From an uncultured Saccharospirillaceae bacterium (lineage in GTDB: Bacteria > Pseudomonadota > Gammaproteobacteria > Pseudomonadales > Natronospirillaceae), in assembly GCA_913063165.1 (NCBI GenBank), contig CAJXZL010000011.1, positions 1 to 24,000 on the forward strand: DNA of 24,000 nucleotides. The letters run 5' to 3'. A program made the position numbers and the translations under genes. The notes under the pieces were generated by a model. It worked only from the letters and a program-made list of their open reading frames with translations. It was not told the origin of the DNA and made no database searches. Below, piece by piece: positions 1 to 5,692 of this stretch (within the stretch, counting starts at the first letter, position 1; each line of letters starts with the position of its first letter).

Positions 1-282
1 GATGCCAATCCCACCTGTATCAAGCCGATAACAAAAACCCGTGCAACATTCACCTTAGTGTGTGACTACCAAGGTTTGAATGACGCCGTACCGTATAACT
101 CTAATGGGGATAACATTGCGGAGTTGGGTGCCTATACTGTGGCAGTAGCCATTACAAAGGTACCAAATACAGTTGAAATAATCCCCGTAACAGACCCTAT
201 CCTTGACGCGGTGAAAATCGCCGTTACAGTAACATCCCCTAAAGGGCCCTATACGTTAGTCGGTTATAGGACACGCTACTAA
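1..282 (+). CDS. C-terminal fragment of a pilin-like protein, possibly the MSHA minor pilin that precedes mshO (MshD-like). The 5' end lies outside the window.
   Basis: Frame 1 is open from base 1 (DANPTCIKPITKT...) to TAA at 280-282. The stop overlaps the next gene's ATG (TAATG). Identity is by position upstream of MshO/MshP-like genes only; the fragment shows no diagnostic motif. Confidence 0.4.
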   Translation, partial: DANPTCIKPITKTRATFTLVCDYQGLNDAVPYNSNGDNIAELGAYTVAVAITKVPNTVEIIPVTDPILDAVKIAVTVTSPKGPYTLVGYRTRY

Positions 283-1118
283 TGAACAAACATCAGCGTG
301 GCTTTACACTTATCGAGCTGATAATCGTCATGATCGTGACATCAATCGTAGTCGTGATGATATCGGCCATTATTAGCCGGCCCTTGACCGGTTACTTCGA
401 CACACAGCGTCGAGCGGACTTAGCCGATCGGGGCCAAGCAGCTATTAATCGCATGGCCTTCGAATTAGAAAACTCGGTACCCAATTCAGTTCGCATCATT
501 GGCACTGTCACTGATACGTCGATTGAATTTATGCCCGTTCTTGATGCAGGCCGCTACAGGAGCACCGGAGCAGGAAAGCTCATCGAAAAAAATAACAGCA
601 ACTCTGAATTTTACACCATGACCTCGTTGGATATAAAAACCTTCAGCGACACTCGAATTGTCGTTGCCCCAAAGAATTATTATGTTGACGCGACGAGCTC
701 TGTGCCTGATTCAGTTTCAGACAAAATAACGATAACCATCACCACGCCAACCGACTCAAACCGTGGCGCCAATTTAATTGAGCTTTTACCCTACCCTACT
801 TTTGCTGGTGGCTCACCGAGTAAACGGTTTTATTTAGCAAAAGATGCCGTTACCTACCACTGTGACCTAACAACGAAAACCCTCATGCGGTACCAAGGCT
901 ATACGTTAGCGGCAGCCCAACCCAACACGGTAGCACTGCTAACCACTGGCGGGGGCAAACAAGGCACTCTGGCAACGGGTGTGACTGCATGCACCTTCAG
1001 TTTAAAAGCACCCTCAGCCGCTGCTAATTTACCCATTGTGATCATTAGTTTAGAAATGACAGCCGATGGTGAAAAAATGACCCTGTTCAAGGAGGTTCAG
1101 TTGTGGAACGCACCTTGA
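282..1118 (+). CDS. mshO: MSHA biogenesis minor pilin-like protein, MshO-like (prepilin-type N-terminal methylation domain)
   Basis: The N-terminus MNKHQRGFTLIELIIVMIVTSIVVV carries the classic G|FTLIE prepilin cleavage/methylation motif followed by a hydrophobic helix. Length is 278 aa. The start is coupled to the upstream stop, and an MshP-like gene follows. Confidence 0.65.
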   Translation: MNKHQRGFTLIELIIVMIVTSIVVVMISAIISRPLTGYFDTQRRADLADRGQAAINRMAFELENSVPNSVRIIGTVTDTSIEFMPVLDAGRYRSTGAGKLIEKNNSNSEFYTMTSLDIKTFSDTRIVVAPKNYYVDATSSVPDSVSDKITITITTPTDSNRGANLIELLPYPTFAGGSPSKRFYLAKDAVTYHCDLTTKTLMRYQGYTLAAAQPNTVALLTTGGGKQGTLATGVTACTFSLKAPSAAANLPIVIISLEMTADGEKMTLFKEVQLWNAP

Positions 1119-1516
1119 ACTCACTTAAAAAACAGAAAGGCTTTGCACTGATAGCCTCGGTATTTCTGATTATCGTTTTGGGTTTGGCGGCTGCCTTTAT
1201 GGTGAGGCTAAGTGGTACGATTCAAACGAGTCAGAGCCATACGATTTTGGCCCAACGAGCAAAACAAGCGGCCAATGCTGGTATTGAATATGGTATTTAT
1301 CGTGTGGTGTGGGGGGCGGATATCGCTGCCCAATGCCCTGCATCAACACTGATTACCTTGACCAGCTACAGCCAGTTTACCGTCACCGTTACTTGCAGCG
1401 TTAAAACCTATGTCGGGGGTGATCGGTTTTTCACCATCAGCTCAATAGCAGAATACGGCGCCAAAGGCACACAAGATTATGTGGTACGTAAATTTGAAAC
1501 TGTGTTGGAGCGATAG
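1103..1516 (+). CDS. mshP: MSHA biogenesis protein, MshP-like (pilin-like N-terminal anchor lacking Glu5)
   Basis: A GTG start at 1103 sits 7 nt after AGGAGG (caaggaggttcagttGTG) and overlaps the mshO-like end by 16 nt. The N-terminus KKQKGFALIASVFLIIVLGLAAAF is pilin-like and hydrophobic. Size (137 aa) and position match MshP. Confidence 0.6.
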   Translation: MERTLNSLKKQKGFALIASVFLIIVLGLAAAFMVRLSGTIQTSQSHTILAQRAKQAANAGIEYGIYRVVWGADIAAQCPASTLITLTSYSQFTVTVTCSVKTYVGGDRFFTISSIAEYGAKGTQDYVVRKFETVLER

Positions 1517-1519
1517 GCA

Positions 1520-2257
1520 ATGTCAAAAAAATTGAACCGCGCATCCATTTCCATCAGCTGTTTTATCTTGAGCCAGTTACTATTCGCGGGTGAAACAATA
1601 ACCTGCTCGTCTGACTATGTCAGAAGCCAACTCACGCTAAATGAAATCATTACTCGGGGAACCGCCGTAACTTACCTTGAGGTAAAAATTAATCAGGTTA
1701 ATGTAAGCATTGGGAATTATGAACTTTGTCTTGTTTCGGATAATAGGAAAAAGGTGACTGATCCTCCGATATTGACTCTTGATTGTGTAGATCTTGTTGG
1801 TAACCACGACCCTCTTGCTGGATACCCAACAAATCCCACTACAATCAATGGACCTGATTGGCCAACCTATTCCACAACTCTCTTTAATAAACCCAACACC
1901 GATTTATCTAACGATTTCGGACAGATTGTTTTGCGGCAGAAGACCCCATCTCCTAACAATCCTGTTGTCGATTTTTTGTGTTATACGAGCGGGGCGAAGC
2001 TAGCCTGTACCGCCCCCAACACTTACTATGACCCAGACCCTGACGCAGCTTGTTGGGCGTCTGCTTTAATAGGAACTACAGGTAAGGATAAGATGTTTCT
2101 GGGTAAGACACCTGACGGCACTGGAGAGTTTGGTGTTATAACCGAACCAACATATGGCAAAACCAATGACACACCAGATAACTGCCCTACGTGCCCCGCT
2201 ACCCCGCCATTCAGCGGTAGATCACCCATCGTATTCAAATGGCAGATTTTCTATTAA
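1520..2257 (+). CDS. Secreted Cys-rich protein of unknown function in the MshQ position, with a possible lamin-tail-domain-like N-terminal region
   Basis: The ATG at 1520 is preceded by GGAG. The signal-peptide-like N-terminus is MSKKLNRASISISCFILSQLLFAG. There are about 8 Cys downstream and P/T/N-rich stretches. The segment LTLNEIITRGTAVTYLEVKINQVNVSIGNYELCL is LTD-like. The C-terminus IVFKWQIFY alternates hydrophobic residues. Confidence 0.6.
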   Translation: MSKKLNRASISISCFILSQLLFAGETITCSSDYVRSQLTLNEIITRGTAVTYLEVKINQVNVSIGNYELCLVSDNRKKVTDPPILTLDCVDLVGNHDPLAGYPTNPTTINGPDWPTYSTTLFNKPNTDLSNDFGQIVLRQKTPSPNNPVVDFLCYTSGAKLACTAPNTYYDPDPDAACWASALIGTTGKDKMFLGKTPDGTGEFGVITEPTYGKTNDTPDNCPTCPATPPFSGRSPIVFKWQIFY

Positions 2258-2676
2258 CGCCTGAGTTTCCGCATTTCTTCTAGCAGTCGCAATTGTGCCA
2301 CTGCTTGCGCCAACCGCGCCGATACCGCTGCGTAATCGAGCTCGGTGTTCATTTGTTGGATTTCATGTTCGGCTTGTTTTCTGGCATCGATGGCGGCTGC
2401 TTCATCAATGTCTTCGGCCCGCACCGCCGTGTCTGCCAAGATGGTTACTACATGCGGCTGTACTTCCAAATACCCACCGGACACATAGCACTGCACCAGC
2501 GTGTCTTCACCATCACTGAGCCTAACAATGCCCGGGTTTAACTTGGTCAGAAGCGGCGCGTGACCGGGTAAAATACACATTTGCCCCATCACTCCGTCTA
2601 CTGTTATCGCATAGACTGATCCTGAAAAAAGCGTATCTTCAGCGCTCACCACGTCACAGTGCACGGCATTTTTCAT
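2254..2676 (-). CDS. atpC: F0F1 ATP synthase epsilon subunit, encoded alone with no adjacent atp genes
   Basis: The 140-aa product MKNAVHCDVVSAEDTLFSGSVYAITVDGVMGQMCILPGHAPLLTKLNPGIVRL...YVSGGYLEVQPHVVTILADTAVRAEDIDEAAAIDARKQAE aligns along its length with recalled E. coli AtpC (IYPGHAPLLT, SGGILEVQP, VLADTAIR). The ATG at 2676 is preceded by AGGAGG. The longer 150-aa ORF start at 2706 was rejected. Confidence 0.85.
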   Translation of the reverse strand: MKNAVHCDVVSAEDTLFSGSVYAITVDGVMGQMCILPGHAPLLTKLNPGIVRLSDGEDTLVQCYVSGGYLEVQPHVVTILADTAVRAEDIDEAAAIDARKQAEHEIQQMNTELDYAAVSARLAQAVAQLRLLEEMRKLRR

Positions 2677-2754
2677 CCCTAGCCTCCTTGGCCATTTGCA
2701 ATTCAAGGGTTGCCATTACTATAGCCCGAATGTGAATAATAAATGAACAGGCTT

Positions 2755-2768
2755 TTGATGTGTGTCCA
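2755..2768 (+). promoter_or_regulatory. Possible FNR-type site (TTGAT-GTGT-GTCCA) in the atpC/yjjI divergent region
   Basis: It matches TTGAT-N4-ATCAA at 8 of 10 positions. The site centre (2761.5) lies 41.5 bp upstream of the TSS predicted from a -10-like TATCTT at 2791-2796. This is class II geometry and fits an anaerobic glycyl radical enzyme operon. The site is degenerate. Confidence 0.25.
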
Positions 2769-2828
2769 TGGTGCAGCGATAGGCTTGTGCTATCTTGTTG
2801 TTATTGAATTGCATCTCATGAGGCTGAT

Positions 2829-4361
2829 ATGACGCTTATCCAAGATCGACTATTGAGCATCGCTACTGACCCCTTGCTGTCTTTTAAACAAAAGAGCCGG
2901 CAATTTGCTTTGTCGGCCGACGAACAGCTCCCCTACTTATCTTTATCTGATGGACTCTCCACCGCACTCGAATCTCGGGTGGTTTGCGATATGTTTGAAG
3001 GTCACGCCCCTTTTAAACCGCGCTATGTACTACCCGACTATGCCCTGTTCTTAAAACAAGGTTCCTGTTATCTAGAGTTACCGCCAGCAGATACATTGGA
3101 CGAAGCACTGACCTATTTGGGTATTCTGTATCACCACGTGCCTTCGGTAACCGATTTACCGGTGTTTTTGGGGCACATCGATCGCCTACTACTGCCTTAT
3201 ATCGATGATGTCTCTGACGCTCAGCTCTATCAGAAATTGAAACTGTTTTGGATTCAATTAGATCGCACCCTGCCTGATGCCTTTGTGCACGCCAATATTG
3301 GGCCTGAGGATAACCGCATCGCTCGGGCAATTTTGGCCATAGAAGCTGAGCTAAAGCAGACCGTGCCCAACCTGACTTTCATGTATGATCCCGCCATCAC
3401 TTCAGATGATTTGCTGCGTGCTGTTACCGATACCCTGTGTCAGTGCAACAAACCCCACATTGCCAACAACCCACTGCATGAAGCACAGTTTACAGACACT
3501 GGCTTTGGGATTGTGAGCTGTTATAACGCACTGTCTCTGGGCGGTGGTGCCAATACTCTGGTTAGGTTGAACCTAAGAAAAGTTGCTGAGCAGTCCGACA
3601 GCCTCGAGGACTTTTTTGCCCATCAACTACCGCGTTACAGTGACCTGATGTTTGAACTCATTGAAGCCCGCACCGATTTTCTGCATAACCGATCAGGATT
3701 CTTTAATAGTTTTTTGGTGTCAGAGGGATTGATTCACGAAGACCGATTTAGCCCCATGTGGGGGGTATTTGGATTGGCCCAGGCCGTGAACCATTTGGGC
3801 TCACTGGCCAACAAGCAAGGCAGTTACGGTAACAGTGAGTGGCATAATGCCCTAGCACCGCGCATATCACAGGCGCTGTCTGATATTGTTACCGAGACGT
3901 TTGTTACCTTTGGTTACAAAAATAGGGCTTTGTTACATTCTCAAGCAGGCATTAGCACCGACAGCGAAGAAACACCGGGTACCCGTATTCCTTATGGTGA
4001 GGAGCCCGATATCATTAGCCACGTAAAAATAGCGGCCAGCCACCATGCCTATTACCCTTCTGGCATTAGTGATGTGCTGCAGCTAGACCAGACCGTGGTC
4101 GACAATCCAGAATCGGTGTTTCAACTCTGCAAAGGCGCTTTACAGATCGGGATGCGAGAATTTACTGTCAATATCGCCCATCAAGATTTGGTTCGGGTTA
4201 CCGGCTTTATGATCAAACGCTCCGATATTGAAAAACTACAGGCTGAAGGCTCCCGCAGCAATACCGCCGCATTGGGCGTAGAAGCAGTGGAGAAAACCGG
4301 CATCTTAAACCGTAGGCCTAGGGTTGTTAGTGATGAACTCACCGTCAGCGATTATCAATAA
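2829..4361 (+). CDS. yjjI: YjjI-family glycyl radical enzyme (DUF3029 / TIGR04040-like), substrate unknown
   Basis: The protein is 510 aa, the short size typical of YjjI. A C-terminal glycyl-radical fingerprint LVRVTGFMIK places Gly459 at 4203-4205. A YjjW-type activase follows immediately with a 29-nt overlap, the same gene pair as E. coli yjjI-yjjW. Confidence 0.8.
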   Translation: MTLIQDRLLSIATDPLLSFKQKSRQFALSADEQLPYLSLSDGLSTALESRVVCDMFEGHAPFKPRYVLPDYALFLKQGSCYLELPPADTLDEALTYLGILYHHVPSVTDLPVFLGHIDRLLLPYIDDVSDAQLYQKLKLFWIQLDRTLPDAFVHANIGPEDNRIARAILAIEAELKQTVPNLTFMYDPAITSDDLLRAVTDTLCQCNKPHIANNPLHEAQFTDTGFGIVSCYNALSLGGGANTLVRLNLRKVAEQSDSLEDFFAHQLPRYSDLMFELIEARTDFLHNRSGFFNSFLVSEGLIHEDRFSPMWGVFGLAQAVNHLGSLANKQGSYGNSEWHNALAPRISQALSDIVTETFVTFGYKNRALLHSQAGISTDSEETPGTRIPYGEEPDIISHVKIAASHHAYYPSGISDVLQLDQTVVDNPESVFQLCKGALQIGMREFTVNIAHQDLVRVTGFMIKRSDIEKLQAEGSRSNTAALGVEAVEKTGILNRRPRVVSDELTVSDYQ

Positions 4362-5223
4362 AATCCTGACCTTTAGCGCGGTTGATGGACCGGGCAATCG
4401 TTTGGTGGTGTTTTTTCAAGGCTGTAACTTGGCCTGCTTGAACTGCCATAACCCCTACACCATGGGTCGCTGCAATGATTGCGGTGACTGCATTCCGCAC
4501 TGCCCACAACAGGCACTATCGATGGACGACACAGGGACCGTGCGCTGGGACGCCGACCTATGCAGCCAGTGTGATACCTGTTTATCGGTGTGCACGTTTT
4601 CAGCCAGTCCAAAGACCCTACGCTATTCAGTTAGCGAGCTTCTCGATGTGGTACAGGACAACACTCCCTTTATCAGTGGCATTACCCTGTCGGGTGGCGA
4701 GGCGACCACGCAGCTGCCTTTTATCCTGGCATTCTTAACGGCATTGCGTACAAATCCTGCAACGGCGGCACTTTCCTGTTTGGTGGACAGCAATGGTTTG
4801 TTAGGAAAAACTGCGTGGCAACAGCTATTACCGTTGGTGGATGGGGTCATGTTGGATATCAAGGCGTGGCACACAGACCAGCATAAGGCCATTACCGGTT
4901 CACACAATCACCGTGTTAAAGCCAGCCTAGACCAACTGATTAGGTCCAAGAAGCTTGCTGAACTCAGATTCCTGCTGATCCCCAGTGTGACCGATTTTGA
5001 TCCACCACCAGATGACTTACTGTTGATGCTGCGGGGACTCTCACCAGAAACACCCATTCGTATTAATGGCTTTCAACACCATGGCGTGGTTGGAGCGGCC
5101 GCATTTTGGCCACCAGCACAATCAGACGACATATCCCGATTTCAACAAGTGCTGCACAGTGCCGGCTTATTGAATGTAAAAATTCCTGTGCACACTGAAA
5201 AAATGTCTTTACCCTTCCGATAG
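4333..5223 (+). CDS. yjjW: YjjW-family glycyl radical enzyme activating enzyme (radical SAM with two ferredoxin-like Cys clusters)
   Basis: The radical-SAM motif GCNLACLNCHNP (CX3CX2C) lies at 4423-4446. It is followed by CNDCGDCIPHCP and CSQCDTCLSVC, then GGEATTQLPF, CLVDSNG and KLAELRFLLIP. These closely track recalled E. coli YjjW. I chose the ATG at 4333 (MNSPSAIINKILTFS versus E. coli MNCRALVSKIIPFS) over the TTG at 4324. Confidence 0.88.
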   Translation: MNSPSAIINKILTFSAVDGPGNRLVVFFQGCNLACLNCHNPYTMGRCNDCGDCIPHCPQQALSMDDTGTVRWDADLCSQCDTCLSVCTFSASPKTLRYSVSELLDVVQDNTPFISGITLSGGEATTQLPFILAFLTALRTNPATAALSCLVDSNGLLGKTAWQQLLPLVDGVMLDIKAWHTDQHKAITGSHNHRVKASLDQLIRSKKLAELRFLLIPSVTDFDPPPDDLLLMLRGLSPETPIRINGFQHHGVVGAAAFWPPAQSDDISRFQQVLHSAGLLNVKIPVHTEKMSLPFR

Positions 5224-5270
5224 CGCAGGGTAAAAAGAATAATGGTCCCAAGAGTGTCGATGCTATTTGC

Positions 5271-5344
5271 GCCCTTTGTTACCTGTTACCTGCTACCTGT
5301 TACCCCGCTTGTTACCACCGGTGCCACCTTGGGTAACAAAGGGC
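5271..5344. repeat. 13-bp inverted repeat (GCCCTTTGTTACC / GGTAACAAAGGGC) enclosing tandem heptads
   Basis: The heptads are TGTTACC (5277-5283), TGTTACC (5284-5290), TGCTACC (5291-5297) and TGTTACC (5298-5304), plus a fifth TGTTACC at 5310-5316. The palindromic core CACCGGTG lies near 5317-5324. All were read directly from the sequence. Confidence 0.7.
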
Positions 5345-5423
5345 ATTTAAAAGCGGAATTTCTACTTCTTATTCTGCATAACGATAAAGGTAAGCTATTG
5401 ATATACATAGGATTTCAAAAAGT

Positions 5424-5439
5424 TGGCACGCAGCGTGCA
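5424..5439 (+). promoter_or_regulatory. Sigma54-like -24/-12 element TGGCACG-CAGC-GTGCA
   Basis: It matches TGGCAC-N5-TTGC with correct GG-to-GC spacing and one mismatch (GTGC for TTGC). The same bases also form a small hairpin (GCACG cag CGTGC), so the promoter reading is not unique. Confidence 0.3.
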
Positions 5440-5592
5440 ATAAGGTTAGTACTACAGAGAAATACTTCTAAATAAAAATAAAAAGAAGCGATCGAGTAAA
5501 GTATTTGAGTCCCATATAACAATAATAAACATGGGGTATAGAATTACCGGAACAACAATAAGAAGAATAACCGGATGATTCTGAACACTACT

Positions 5593-5616
5593 AAAAAGCC
5601 GGCAATTGCCGGCTTT
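5593..5616. terminator. Perfect palindromic GC hairpin GCCGGC-AATT-GCCGGC flanked by A5 and T3 (terminator-like on both strands)
   Basis: The sequence AAAAAGCCGGCAATTGCCGGCTTT is at 5593-5616. The U-tract is stronger on the minus strand (5 U) than on the plus strand (3 U). It lies just upstream of the pcnB coding region. Confidence 0.5.
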
Positions 5617-5692
5617 GTCGTGTCTGGGATTTGGTGCATTTGTGCGGTACACTGCGCGCCTATCTAATTGGTATATAGGGAACCCCCATACC

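Noticed and set aside
899-1090. 63-aa minus-strand ORF, together with the many similar antisense or out-of-frame ORFs in the track. Examples: 1794-2003, 2026-2238, 2293-2541, 3013-3330, 4373-4612, 4475-4738, 4623-4907, 6599-6847, 8187-8387, 9377-9652, 10020-10280, 11370-11615, 12054-12290, 14554-14814, 14977-15369, 15775-16047, 16066-16365, 16265-16591, 17338-17589, 18206-18469, 18570-18818, 20103-20324, 20797-21111, 21089-21367, 21857-22111, 22996-23232 and 23713-23931.
   Set aside because: Each lies entirely inside a longer ORF with a clear homology-supported product in another frame or on the other strand. Their translations are low-complexity or Arg/Cys/Pro-rich, as is typical of shadow ORFs, and they have no ribosome-binding sites.
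2731-2746. CRP-like half-site TGTGA in aatgtgaataataaatga within the atpC/yjjI intergenic region
   Set aside because: Only the left half-site matches TGTGA-N6-TCACA. The right half (AATGA) is too divergent.
5242-5475. 77-aa plus-strand ORF in the yjjW-pcnB gap
   Set aside because: Its reading frame is generated by the GTTACC heptad repeats (LLPVTPLVTT). It has no Shine-Dalgarno sequence, runs through the sigma54-like palindrome, and has no recognisable protein features. I treated it as non-coding.
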